Translations under genes and position numbers: made by a program | DNA from: an uncultured delta proteobacterium | Lineage (GTDB): Bacteria; Desulfobacterota; Desulfomonilia; Desulfomonilales; Desulfomonilaceae | NCBI GenBank assembly: GCA_963789265.1 | Contig: CAWBKB010000001.1 | Coordinates: 128,001 to 192,000, forward strand | Reading direction: 5' to 3' | Length of the DNA stretch: 64,000 bases | Notes under the pieces: generated by a model | Database searches by the model: none | The model's input: the letters and a program-made list of their open reading frames with translations, nothing else | What the model was told of the DNA's origin: nothing | In this document: positions 42,659 through 52,884 of the stretch, piece after piece | Position numbering within the stretch: position 1 is the first letter of the stretch | Layout: every line of letters starts with the position of its first letter

Positions 42659-45286
42659 TCAGTTCATTTCGCCCACCAGAATGAACGGTGCCCAATAAAA
42701 CGGATGGTCGTACCCGGCCTTCCGTATCTCGTCTCGGGCAAGTCTCAAAGCCTCCAGTTTGTTCTTCCCTTCCTTGAGATGCTTGAAGAAGCTTTCCACA
42801 AGATTGACCGAAGCTGTTTCGGAAACGCTCCAAAGGCTCATCAATACACTTTTCGCGCCTGCGTACTGAAACGCTCGGCCCATTCCCATCGTGCCTTCGC
42901 CGGAGATGCGTCTTCCCAGACCGGTTTGGCACGCGGTAAGCGCGGCTATATCGCAGTTGATCTTCAAACCCATGACTTCACTCAATCTCAGGAAACCATC
43001 CTGACCTTTCGGTTCACCGACAAGGCTAAGAACCAGCACCGGCTCTTGTATTCCGGGCAGATCTTTCCCGGTATACCCATGTGTGCCGAACACTAGAGAG
43101 CGGTACGGAGTGAGGTCTTTCCCGAGGAGGACGGACTTCTTGGAGGTCATGCCTTCATACAGGTCGGTCTTAGAAGAGTCGGTTTTCTTCAGGGACTCGC
43201 CAAGTTCAGCCGTAAGCGGAAGCCTGGGAAAAGTTAGGCCGCTCTCAGTTTCGATAGACATGGTGAGGTCTTTCGGGAGCGTAGCCAAAAGCCTGTCCTC
43301 CTCCTGTTTGGCAAGTTTCACCAGGCGTGGATCGTCGGAAGAGAAAACAGGGTCCACCATTGCAAGCAGTTTTTCGCCGAGTTTATGTTGTTTTCCAAGG
43401 GTACGTGCGAGAGTCAGGGCCGTGATCGACTGGTAATAAGAAATGGGATTGCGATCTCCGAAGAATTCGTCACCGGAGGTTTGAGGTCTATTGCCGTTCG
43501 TTACCATCTTTCCCCCCTCATTGAGGACGAGCATCTCGAACGGTACCACGCCGAGGGAACCGTCGGGGACGATGATTACAGGAGTATTCTTGGGCAGGTC
43601 AGAGAGTATGTCGCTGAGGAGAAGGTCAGAGAGTTCCTTTCCGGATTTAAAATCAAAGGACTCGAGCTTCTTTGGGAGAGAATCGTCAGGCCCAAGTTCC
43701 ATGGGCTGACGGAATTGCATGACCAGTTCATCCACTTCTTTTCTTGGAGTCGGCTTAAACAGCCCCTTTACGAGATTCTTGCCTTTCGTGAGGTAAATTA
43801 TGATGCCTGGATCGGTAACATGATAAGCCAGCACCCATTCGTTATCTTTCAGGGCGGATTGATCCAAACCCATCGGTTGAGGATATTGGGTCGCGGCAAA
43901 GAGCGGATACTGTTTGCGGAGCATGTCAATGTGCGCGGCAAGGTTTTCTTTTGCCGTTTTCACCTGGGGCTCAAGCGCGGCTATGACCTCTTTGTTCTGC
44001 TTCTCGTATGCTTTCTGGAGATTCTTGCTTAGTCCTGCGAGCTGCTCATTGAGATGAGAATCTTTTTCCAGCACGTCCTGTGGAATGTGCGGAGCTGACC
44101 CTTCTGCCCGCTTTGAGATGCGTTCGGCAAACATACGGGCTCTCGTGTATTCGGATTCCTTTAAGGCTTCCAGAGGCTTGTTGAGTTTCACCAGTACTCG
44201 GGCAAGTCCCTCGTACGGAGCAGTCCTGTAAAAGCCGCCGACCCTGACATTGTAGAACTCCGCTTTCTCGGCAGGGTTCAGGCCGGCTCTTAAATCTTCG
44301 GTACGATCAATGGCTTTGCGAAAACAGTCCGCGGCCGCGGGGTTATCTCCCATCTTCTCGTATGTCATTCCCAGGCCGGTATAGGAAATGAAGAGATCAA
44401 TTGAATTCTGGTTCTTCTCAGCACTTTGACGAAGTTTTTCGTAACACGCTCTTGCCTTCCCATACTCTGATTTGAGCAGGCTGAGCCTTCCCAGGGAAGC
44501 ACTGTAATTGCCTTCCCTTACGAAGGGCTCAGCTTTCTGAACGTCTCCCATGTCTAGGTAGAGATTACCGATACAATCCTTGGGCCAATTCGCCGGAACT
44601 CCGATCTTGAGGTAGATTGCCAGCGCCTTTTGAAAATTTGTCAGTGCTTTGTCGGACAGGCCCGAGTGCTGACATACCAGCGCCAGGTTGCCCAGGATTT
44701 GCCCTTCGGTCTTCACATCCCCGATCTTCCTCGTGATCTCTAGCGACTTATTGTAGAATTCCACTGCCTTGGCATACTGACCCCAGTTCAAATATATGAT
44801 CCCCAGGTTGCTCAGGGTGGCCCCTTCACCTTTGACGTCTCCGATCTTTCTCTTAATAGCAAGAGACTTTTCGAAGAATTCCACTGCCTTGGCATACTGA
44901 CCCCAATCGTAATATACGGTCCCCAGGTTGCCCAGGGTTTGCCCTTCGCCTTGTACGTCCCCGATCTTTCTCGTGATAGCCAGAGCCTTCTCGTCGAATT
45001 CCACTGCCTTGGAATACTGACCCCATTGCTGGTAGATGATCCCCACATTGCCGTAGGCCAATCCGAGATTCTTTCGCTCCCCGACCCTTTGATAAATTGC
45101 AATGGCCTGGAGGAATTTCTGTTCTGCCTGTTTCAGGTCTGCGTTGGATCGGCCTTTCTGTTGCAAGGCATACGCTTCCTTGTGGAGGCGTATCGCGTCC
45201 TGCCTGGATTGAGCCAACAATGGCGATGAAACAAGAATACAAAGTGCGGCTATTATTGCCGGGACAATCACGATTCGTTTGAACAT
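42659..45286 (-). CDS. Secreted TPR-CHAT protease 3
   Basis: Close paralog of protease 2 with four repeat units; FGTHG and LTACQT. Confidence 0.95.
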   Translation of the reverse strand: MFKRIVIVPAIIAALCILVSSPLLAQSRQDAIRLHKEAYALQQKGRSNADLKQAEQKFLQAIAIYQRVGERKNLGLAYGNVGIIYQQWGQYSKAVEFDEKALAITRKIGDVQGEGQTLGNLGTVYYDWGQYAKAVEFFEKSLAIKRKIGDVKGEGATLSNLGIIYLNWGQYAKAVEFYNKSLEITRKIGDVKTEGQILGNLALVCQHSGLSDKALTNFQKALAIYLKIGVPANWPKDCIGNLYLDMGDVQKAEPFVREGNYSASLGRLSLLKSEYGKARACYEKLRQSAEKNQNSIDLFISYTGLGMTYEKMGDNPAAADCFRKAIDRTEDLRAGLNPAEKAEFYNVRVGGFYRTAPYEGLARVLVKLNKPLEALKESEYTRARMFAERISKRAEGSAPHIPQDVLEKDSHLNEQLAGLSKNLQKAYEKQNKEVIAALEPQVKTAKENLAAHIDMLRKQYPLFAATQYPQPMGLDQSALKDNEWVLAYHVTDPGIIIYLTKGKNLVKGLFKPTPRKEVDELVMQFRQPMELGPDDSLPKKLESFDFKSGKELSDLLLSDILSDLPKNTPVIIVPDGSLGVVPFEMLVLNEGGKMVTNGNRPQTSGDEFFGDRNPISYYQSITALTLARTLGKQHKLGEKLLAMVDPVFSSDDPRLVKLAKQEEDRLLATLPKDLTMSIETESGLTFPRLPLTAELGESLKKTDSSKTDLYEGMTSKKSVLLGKDLTPYRSLVFGTHGYTGKDLPGIQEPVLVLSLVGEPKGQDGFLRLSEVMGLKINCDIAALTACQTGLGRRISGEGTMGMGRAFQYAGAKSVLMSLWSVSETASVNLVESFFKHLKEGKNKLEALRLARDEIRKAGYDHPFYWAPFILVGEMN

Positions 45287-45375
45287 GGCAGCCTCATGAA
45301 ACATCCTTGAGTGGTTTCCCTCATGAACCAGCGTGAACCTTACCTTCGGATCATATGAGTCGGTGTCCAAAATTA

Positions 45376-45406
45376 CTTAGTCGCATTTGCGAACGAAACG
45401 TGACAC
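45376..45406 (-). promoter_or_regulatory. Putative ECF promoter GTGTCA-N19-ACTAAG
   Basis: Shared motif upstream of protease 3. Confidence 0.72.
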
Positions 45407-45658
45407 CGGATAATGGCGGATAGAATCCCCTATAGACAAACAGCGACTATTCGAGCCACCCTCATCAACTGAGCCAGCGCCATGTCCGATCATGAAGACC
45501 CCCTCCAACATCGGAATCGGATTGATTGCAGTCCTTAAAATGCGGAATGTTCCAAGTATGCGCTTAGTCAGACTTAATTGTAAAGAATTATTGCTGGATA
45601 CTGGCGGACCGTCGCGTAAGATGGCGAAGTACATGTATTTGTCTCCCTCGGCATATCT

Positions 45659-45689
45659 GTGTCACCTGCCTTGTCCGTTTGCGACTAAC
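45659..45689 (+). promoter_or_regulatory. Putative ECF promoter GTGTCA-N19-ACTAAC
   Basis: Shared motif, followed by a GGGGAG RBS and ATG 45730. Confidence 0.68.
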
Positions 45690-45729
45690 GAAAACAATGG
45701 CGAGACTTCGACGAACGGGGAGTCGGCAA

Positions 45730-45894
45730 ATGAACAAGCTGGTTGCCGTGATGAGATTTGCGGCAAGGATTTTAGCCGCGATCCTGATCTCGCCCGCTGA
45801 CAGGGCGTTCGTGGATCGGGCCGGCTTTGGGCGCGCCTACAGGATACGTACAACACACGGTAGCCTGTACTTCTCTTGGAGAGAGGTTCTTTGA
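45730..45894 (+). pseudogene. Short leader-like ORF, probably a gene remnant or small peptide
   Basis: MNKLVAVMRFAARILAAILISP behind an RBS and the shared promoter motif. Confidence 0.35.
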
Positions 45895-46076
45895 CAAGTA
45901 TCCGTTTGGCTGGCCTCAGGGTTTGTCAAGCGCATAATTCCGTTCGAGGATTACGTCCCTGGAGCCGTTCACTAGTTCGGTAGCATTTCGGTTGAGCAAT
46001 GGGCAATGATCGACTTTGCCAGACGCTTCGACCCGAAGCCTTTTCGCACGGACCCTTTTTGCCGGACCGTTTACAA

Positions 46077-46781
46077 TCATTCAACCGGGAAATCAAAATA
46101 CGTATTGGGGTATGGTTCTTTTTTCAAGGTAAAATGCCACCATTCCTTTTCGTATCCTTGAAATCCATACCTATTCATCGAAACCTGTAGCAGGAGTCTG
46201 TGGGCTCGTTGACCTGGACCTATAGAAGTATAATTCGACCAAGATTTCGGGCTGAAGAAGTCAAATTTGGATCCCATATCAATCTCACCATTCCCGCCCG
46301 ATCCTCGGAGGGATACAATCGTCAGATCAACCGTACTGCCTCTGGAATGACTCGATCTTTTAGAGATGTAGCCCTTGTTGAACAGATCTTTTTTCTCCAC
46401 TTTCGGGTAGTAAACATCCTTCATTCTCGTGTCATTGAGATTGCTTCCCCAACGTACAAAATCATCAACAGCCCTCTGCGGACGGTAAGCGTCATAGATC
46501 TTTAGACCCAACCCTGAGCGGTTCAGTTCCTCTTGGACTTTCCACAATGCGAGCGCAGCCTCTTTCGTCAGAATACATCTTGGTTTCACGTAGCCGTCGA
46601 TAGGCCGACCAACGAAGTTATTATCGGTAGAGTAACGTATTTCAATTCTTATATTGGGGATAACGTCCTCAACGTACACGAAGCCATGAGGAAGACCGAA
46701 GCATGATGTAGTAGCACAAACGAAAACGATCCATATAGAAGTTCCAAATACGGCTGGAAAAACTCTCTTTGTGTATCGCAA
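46077..46781 (-). CDS. M15D D-Ala-D-Ala dipeptidase (VanX/DdpX-like) with N-terminal leader
   Basis: YDAYRPQRAV, SSHSRGSTVDLT, DMGSKFDFF, EWWHF. Confidence 0.93.
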   Translation of the reverse strand: MRYTKRVFPAVFGTSIWIVFVCATTSCFGLPHGFVYVEDVIPNIRIEIRYSTDNNFVGRPIDGYVKPRCILTKEAALALWKVQEELNRSGLGLKIYDAYRPQRAVDDFVRWGSNLNDTRMKDVYYPKVEKKDLFNKGYISKRSSHSRGSTVDLTIVSLRGSGGNGEIDMGSKFDFFSPKSWSNYTSIGPGQRAHRLLLQVSMNRYGFQGYEKEWWHFTLKKEPYPNTYFDFPVE

Positions 46782-46885
46782 TAGCGCCTCTCTTACTCAC
46801 TCAAAATGGGTCCAACTTTAGAGATTGTCTTCAGGACTCATAGATGCATGGAAACAGTACGATAGCCTTTTCGGGTACTGGCAGA

Positions 46886-48448
46886 TCATTTGTTGTGTTC
46901 TTTGACAAGCATACGCTTGGCGTCAGCATCTCCGTGGTCAGCAGCTCTGTGGAACCACTCGAAAGCCTTTGCCCGGTCCCTTGCAACACCTTGACCATAA
47001 TAATACAAGTAGCCGAGGTTGCATTCTGCTCCAGCACAACCCTGTTCAGCCGCCTTAAGATACAAACGATTTGCCGCGCTATAGTCTTTCGAGACCCCTT
47101 TTCCTAAATGATATCTCCTGGCTAAGGCAAATTGAGCATCAGGATCTCCCCGGTCGGCAGCAGTCTTGATCCAAATCATGGCCTTGCTATCATCATATAG
47201 CCTATCCATTTCCTTTCTTGCCCCTTCATTACTTTGTTCGATTAATCTGACCAGCCTCGTCACGGTTGACGAATAGTTCAGCGGTTGTTGCAGTTTACTT
47301 TCCGCTTTCGGCGGTTTTATCAGTATGGTTGTGGAGGGAGGAGTCTCTCGTTCCCTCTCGCGTTGCCTCTGCCTCTCCAACTCTTGCTGAAATTCCCGCT
47401 TTTCTCTCTCAAATCTTTGTTTCTCAAGTGCCGCCACCTTCTCGGCTTCCCGCAGTCTGGCGATCTCCTGCTCATGCGCTCGGTTAGCCTTCTCAAGTCG
47501 GTCCTTTTCCAGTGTTGCCAACCTCTCAGCTTCTCGAAGTTTTGCAAACTCTCGGTCGTCTTCCTTCTTCCTCGCGGCAGATTGCTTCCCGGTTGACGAT
47601 GGCAATGTTGATGGGTGGAAACAAAAGTCATCAGGCAAGCAACTGGAGACCCAGGGGTTTTGTTTTCCCTCTGTTTCTTGCCTGACCGCCCGCAGCACCT
47701 GCCTAAAGACATCGTCAATCTTTATGCCCTCCATTCTGAGGGCTTCTATGAGATGCTTCGTCTAGGGGCTATTCCGTCCTGTTCCGTCTGCGGCCACCGC
47801 ACCGGGTGCCGTCGCATAAGCAATAAACGTTCCTACAGGGGCATCTATGGGGCTTAGACCTTTGCTGGCTGATCGAAAACCCCTGAATGGGTTATTCCTA
47901 CAGGCATCCAAAATAACAATGTTGATCTTATTTCTGGATTCCTCTAATTTTTGAAGAATACGCCCCACAGGGACAGCGTCATAGTGAACATCGCTCTCGG
48001 ATTCAATTGAAACTCCAACAGGAAGCAAATAATTTTCTCCCTTAACTTGCGCCCCATGCCCCGAAAAGTAAAACAACGCAACGTCACCATTCTGAATCTT
48101 TTGAATAAACTCCCCCACAGCCTCGTCCATTTGACGGCGGTTGACATCTATTTTGGTCTGTACGGCGAATCCCAATCCCTTCAAAACATTTGAAATATCC
48201 TGGGCATCATTGACGGGATTTCGTAGAGGAGCATCCTTGTAGGCTTTGTTTCCGATGACGAGCGCGACCTTCTTGGCAGCAGAACCAGCAGCAATCGTCG
48301 GAGAAGCTCGACGCACAGCCTTGGAAGTTTCCTCATCGGCTGCAAATGAGAGTGAGCCGAGCAAACAGATGAGAATCAATGCTATAAATGCGAATTTCCA
48401 GTGGGTCCATTGAGAGGCTGAATCGTTCTGAATGGATTGAGGTTTCAT
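46886..48448 (-). pseudogene. Secreted caspase-family + coiled coil + Sel1 protein with an in-frame TAG at 47762-47764
   Basis: VALVIGN, FYFSGHG, LDACRNNP; reads NSP*TKHL where the paralog reads NSPYAEHL; Sel1 repeats follow in the same frame. Confidence 0.85.
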
Positions 48449-48620
48449 CGTTTCCCCCTCTTCAACCACGGCGTCGTTATGTAAGAAGCGTGAGAGCCAA
48501 CGTCCGCTCAATGTTTCAGTATATTGAACGCCAATATCCTGGTCAATAACTATTTTGGATTCGCTTTCAGGCACCCACCCATTTGCTTGAAAGTTCGGTT
48601 GATTTTCCAGATGCGAGGTA

Positions 48621-51458
48621 TCAGTTCACCTCACCCACCAGAATGAACGGAGCCCAATAAAACGGGTGCTTGTATCCAGCATTGCGGACATCTTCCCTCG
48701 CGGATTTCAGTGCATCCAGTTTATTTTTTCCTTCCTTCAAATGCGCAAAGAATTTTTCAACCAATAAAACAGATCCGCTCTCGGAGACTGACCATAGACT
48801 CATCAGGATTGATTTTGCACCCGCGTATTGGAACGCCCTACCCATGCTCATGACGCCCTCTCCGGAGAGATTATTTCCCAGACCGGTTTCACACGCTGTC
48901 AAAGCTACAATATTGGCGTTGAGCTTCATGCCCATAACCTCGGTCATTCTCACAAACCCATCCTGGTCTTTGGGCTGACCCACCAATGTCATGGCCAACA
49001 CAGGCTCTTGAATTCCAGGAATATCAGTGCCGAAGTACCCGTGAGTGGCGAAAACAATTGAACCATAATCCGTCAGCGGCTTGTCGAACAGTATGGACTT
49101 CTTTGCCTGCATGCCGGTGAAAAGATCTGTTTTGTTCGGATTCAGTCTTTCGAGTGATTCCGCCAACTCAGTGGTCTTTGCGAGTCTGGGGAAGGTGATA
49201 CCTGTTTGATCTTTGATGGACATGAGCTTTTCAGGCAATGCAGCCAATAATTTCTGTTGTTTCTTCGCAGAAGCGATCTTCAAACGAGCATCATCAGGCT
49301 CAAATACCGGATCGGCAATAACCAGGGTTTTGGAGCCGGGCTTCTCATTTGACCGGAGCGTCCTCGCCAAAGTCATGGCGGTGATGGACTGGTAATAGCT
49401 GATGGGATATACATCACCAAGATACGTGAGACCTTCAGGATAGGGTCTTCCACCTTCTTCTTTCCAGGTCGGCTTACCGGAGAGTACAAGGGCTTCAAAT
49501 GGGAGAATGGCTAATATACCGTCTGGAATGATAACAAGAGGAGTGCCTTCGGGAACCTGCATCAGCACGGCCCCGAGAAGCTTTTTGTACAGATTCCGGC
49601 CCAACTCGGGATCGAATTCCTTGAGCTTCATTTCCTCGAACGAGTGCCGAAACTTTTTTACATCTTTCTCCAAGCCCCCGGATTTCCACTCAGTGTAGAA
49701 GGTCTGGGCAATCTTCTTCCCCTTGATGACTTTGACTCCTACTCCCTCGCTGGAAACATCAAAGATGACAACGTATTCTTCGGGTTTGAGGGCTGATTCC
49801 TTCAGGGTTACCGGTCTTGGGTATTTTACTGAGGCGTACGGCTTGTACTTTTCCCAGAGCATTTGTATAAAAGTGTTCAGTTCGGCTTCAGCATCCCGAA
49901 CCTGTTTGCCGATATTTCCGTACGTGGCGGGAGATTTTTCCTTGTCGGTCTTGGCCAACTGTTTCTTGAGCGCTGCAACCTTACTGACAAGCTCGTTTTC
50001 TTTTTGGAGCACCTGATTGGGTACGCCAGACGCGCCTGCTTTCGTTGTCAAAGCAATGTTGTCCGAGAATGCCCTTGCCCTGGTTGCCTCGCTGGAATCT
50101 ATGCTTCCCGCGGCCTGATTGAGTTTCATTCTTACGCGGGTCAATCCCTTGGCCGGCTCCGATCGTTGGAACCCGTTGATTTTCACCTCAAAGAAATTCT
50201 TTCTCTCTGCCGGTAAGAGGCTGGACCTGATCTCTTCGGTGAGTTTCATTCCTTTCTCGTAATATCCTTCCGCCTTCTTGTAATCCTCCAACCCTTCATA
50301 GACTCTGCCCAGTCCGGTATATGCTGTGAAGAGTTCATCAGCATCCTTGTTCTTTTCAGCCCAGGCCAAACAGCTTTCGTAGTCTTTCTTGGCTGCTGCA
50401 TAGTCAGATTTCAGAAGGTAGAGTCTGCCGAGGGATCGGGAGTAATTTGCGGCCCTTACGTAGGGTGCCGCCTTGTCCAGCTTCCCCATGTCCAGATATA
50501 GATTGCCTATATACTCCTTGGACAATCTGGTTGGAATTCCGATTTTAGCATGAATTGCGATTGCCTTTTGGAAACTTGCAAGCGCTTCATCGTATTTACT
50601 CATGTGGACGTAGTTTGTTCCGATATTGTTTAGGTAGCGCCCTTCCTCCCTCACGGCACCAACTCTTCTCGCGATATCCACCCCCTTCTCAAAGTATTCC
50701 AGTGCTTTTTGATACTGTCCAGTCTTCTCATAAACAAGGCCGATGCCGGCCAGCGACCACTCCTCTCCTTGCACGTTTCCTACCCTTTTTGCGATAGCTA
50801 CGGCTTTTTCATAGTGCTCCAAGGCCTTTTGATATTGCGCCAGATAGCCATAAACATTGCCCATGTTGCCCAGCGCAACTGCCGCTTCTTTGGGGTCACC
50901 GATTTTCTGCTCGATTCCCAAAGCCTTCTCATAGTATTCCAGTGCTTTTTGATACTGACCCGTGTTCTCATAAGCAAAGCCTATGCCGCCCAGGGACGCC
51001 CCCTCTCCTTGCACGTATCCCACCTTCTTTGCGATTGCTAACGCTTTTTCATCGTACTCCAAAGCCTTCTTATATTGCCCCAGATAGCTGTAAACATTCC
51101 CCATGCGGGACAGAGTGACACTCTGGCCTGCAGCGTTGCCGGTCTTCCCATGGACTTCGAGAGCCTTTTCGTAGGCTTCCAGCGCCTTTTGGTACCGACT
51201 TGTGTACTCATAAATAACGCCAATGTCGTTCAGGGTGGCTCCCTCCCATCCAGATCTAACTCTTTTGAAGATTTCCAACGCCTGCTGGTATTTCGCAAGG
51301 GCCTTTTCCAGGTCCTCTTTGGAACGCGCATTGGCTCTTAATTGCTCAGCTTCCTTGTAGAAGGCGATTCCTTGATTCTCCGATTGAGCCGACCCGAGCG
51401 AGGGAAGGAGAGCAAACATCACCCACAAGACAGCTATGAAAGCGCAAATTCTAATCAT
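48621..51458 (-). CDS. Secreted TPR-CHAT protease 4
   Basis: Signal peptide; six units; FATHG and LTACET. Confidence 0.95.
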   Translation of the reverse strand: MIRICAFIAVLWVMFALLPSLGSAQSENQGIAFYKEAEQLRANARSKEDLEKALAKYQQALEIFKRVRSGWEGATLNDIGVIYEYTSRYQKALEAYEKALEVHGKTGNAAGQSVTLSRMGNVYSYLGQYKKALEYDEKALAIAKKVGYVQGEGASLGGIGFAYENTGQYQKALEYYEKALGIEQKIGDPKEAAVALGNMGNVYGYLAQYQKALEHYEKAVAIAKRVGNVQGEEWSLAGIGLVYEKTGQYQKALEYFEKGVDIARRVGAVREEGRYLNNIGTNYVHMSKYDEALASFQKAIAIHAKIGIPTRLSKEYIGNLYLDMGKLDKAAPYVRAANYSRSLGRLYLLKSDYAAAKKDYESCLAWAEKNKDADELFTAYTGLGRVYEGLEDYKKAEGYYEKGMKLTEEIRSSLLPAERKNFFEVKINGFQRSEPAKGLTRVRMKLNQAAGSIDSSEATRARAFSDNIALTTKAGASGVPNQVLQKENELVSKVAALKKQLAKTDKEKSPATYGNIGKQVRDAEAELNTFIQMLWEKYKPYASVKYPRPVTLKESALKPEEYVVIFDVSSEGVGVKVIKGKKIAQTFYTEWKSGGLEKDVKKFRHSFEEMKLKEFDPELGRNLYKKLLGAVLMQVPEGTPLVIIPDGILAILPFEALVLSGKPTWKEEGGRPYPEGLTYLGDVYPISYYQSITAMTLARTLRSNEKPGSKTLVIADPVFEPDDARLKIASAKKQQKLLAALPEKLMSIKDQTGITFPRLAKTTELAESLERLNPNKTDLFTGMQAKKSILFDKPLTDYGSIVFATHGYFGTDIPGIQEPVLAMTLVGQPKDQDGFVRMTEVMGMKLNANIVALTACETGLGNNLSGEGVMSMGRAFQYAGAKSILMSLWSVSESGSVLLVEKFFAHLKEGKNKLDALKSAREDVRNAGYKHPFYWAPFILVGEVN

Positions 51459-51547
51459 AGAAGCCCCTCCCGTGCAGAACCAAGTGGTGGAAATAGCCAA
51501 GGTCCTGCGATTACAATTCAAAGCCTGAACGGCTAGGCCAACGATGC

Positions 51548-51579
51548 AACAGTGGGAAATCTAATCCAAAAAATGACAC
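51548..51579 (-). promoter_or_regulatory. Putative ECF promoter GTGTCA-N20-ACTGTT
   Basis: Shared motif; the spacer contains a T6 run. Confidence 0.6.
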
Positions 51580-51604
51580 GAGCTCGTGGTCATTGTCAAC
51601 AAAT

Positions 51605-51752
51605 GGAGCCCGTTTTTTCACCACAGAAACACTCAGGCCCTACGCTGGCGGCGAATACTTCCTTCGAGTGACCTCCGCGATCTCTAGCGGGCCGCGACGC
51701 CCATCAAGGAATCGTGGCCGTGCGCCGAGCACCTTTGTGTCTCTGTGGTGAA
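51605..51752. repeat. MITE-like element related to 36085-36245
   Basis: Shared terminal and internal blocks. Confidence 0.7.
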
Positions 51753-51825
51753 ATTCATCTTTTCCTGCTTTTGCATTTCACACCTGTTCTTCCTTAACCC
51801 GTGAAGTCCGCGTATAATGCACTGC

Positions 51826-52123
51826 ATGGAAGTGCGTGGCAGAAAGAAGATCCTCGAATTCATCGCCTCGGGTGACGCTAAGGCGAGGAAGCTCTTTGCC
51901 GCGTGGGCTTCACGACGCGGAGGCGGCAGAGTGGAAAAGCCCTATGGACATAAAACGCAGGCACGCTACAGCGGATTTCCTGTCCGGAAACCGCGTAGTG
52001 TTCAACATCGGGGGCAATGATTACCGCCTTGTGGCAGCAGTTGATTACCAGCGCCAGGTTGTATTGATCCGATGGGTCGGCAGCCATGGAGAATATGACA
52101 GGATAGACGCGAGCACCATCTGA
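51826..52123 (+). CDS. higB: HigB-family toxin (1-bp insertion near 51906)
   Basis: AEWKSPMDIK...NRVVFNIGGNDYRLVAAVDY...IRWVGSHGEYDRID. Confidence 0.85.
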
Positions 52124-52162
52124 AATCGCCCGGTCTGAGAGATCTTTCCAGGAGTCAAAATC

Positions 52163-52504
52163 ATGGAATGCAAACCGATCAGAACAGAAGGAGACTATGA
52201 GGCTGCAATGGCCCGCATTGAGGAACTGTGGGGCATTCCAGCAGAATCGCCGGAAGCGGACGAACTGGAGGTCCTCTTGGCACTCACAGGAGTGTATGAG
52301 AAGAAGCACCATCATATTCCGTCTCCTGACCCTAAGTCATTGTTGGAATATCGTATGGACCAAATGGGACTCACCGCGGAACAGAGTCGGCAATATCTCG
52401 AGTGTCGCAGAAGATTGCCTGAAATCATGAGCCGTGAAACGCACCTGAGCCTGGAAATCATCCAGGGAATCGAGGAGTTGCCCAACGAACACAAGCTTTT
52501 CTGA
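52163..52504 (+). CDS. higA: HigA-family antitoxin, HTH possibly degenerate
   Basis: KPIRTEGDYEAAMARIEELW...PDP...YRMDQMGL. Confidence 0.82.
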   Translation: MECKPIRTEGDYEAAMARIEELWGIPAESPEADELEVLLALTGVYEKKHHHIPSPDPKSLLEYRMDQMGLTAEQSRQYLECRRRLPEIMSRETHLSLEIIQGIEELPNEHKLF

Positions 52505-52546
52505 ACGATACGCACTCACATCACGTTACCAAGAAGCTGATTTGTC

Positions 52547-52750
52547 ATGAAGATACAAGTAGTCATCCATGAAGCCGAGGAAGGTGGATATTAGGCCGAG
52601 GTCCCCGCGATCCCGGGTTGCGCCACCCAGGGAGGGACCTTCCAGGAACTGCTTCAAAATCTGTACGAAGCGGTGGAAGGGTGCCTCTCCGTGTCTGTTC
52701 AACCAGCCCAAACAACCGAAGCGGACCGGGTGATGGAAATCGCGGTATGA
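52547..52750 (+). pseudogene. HicB-family antitoxin with an internal stop; hicA partner absent
   Basis: MKIQVVIHEAEEGGY*AEVPAIPGCATQG...EAVEGCL. Confidence 0.8.
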
Positions 52751-52884
52751 AATCTGGATGGAGCTACCCCCTGGATGATTTTGCCCTTGCATGCCTCACT
52801 CCTTCGCGCCGCACAGCAATTTCTCGTCTCTTGCCAGAGACAGCTTGGTTCAGACAGGATTACCGAACTCGCTGCCGGAAATCG

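Noticed and set aside
47762..47764. In-frame TAG as possible pyrrolysine or read-through site (also the TAG in hicB near 52592)
   Set aside because: The positions correspond to Tyr (TAC in the paralog) and a typical Trp (TGG), each one substitution away; no pyl genes are visible.
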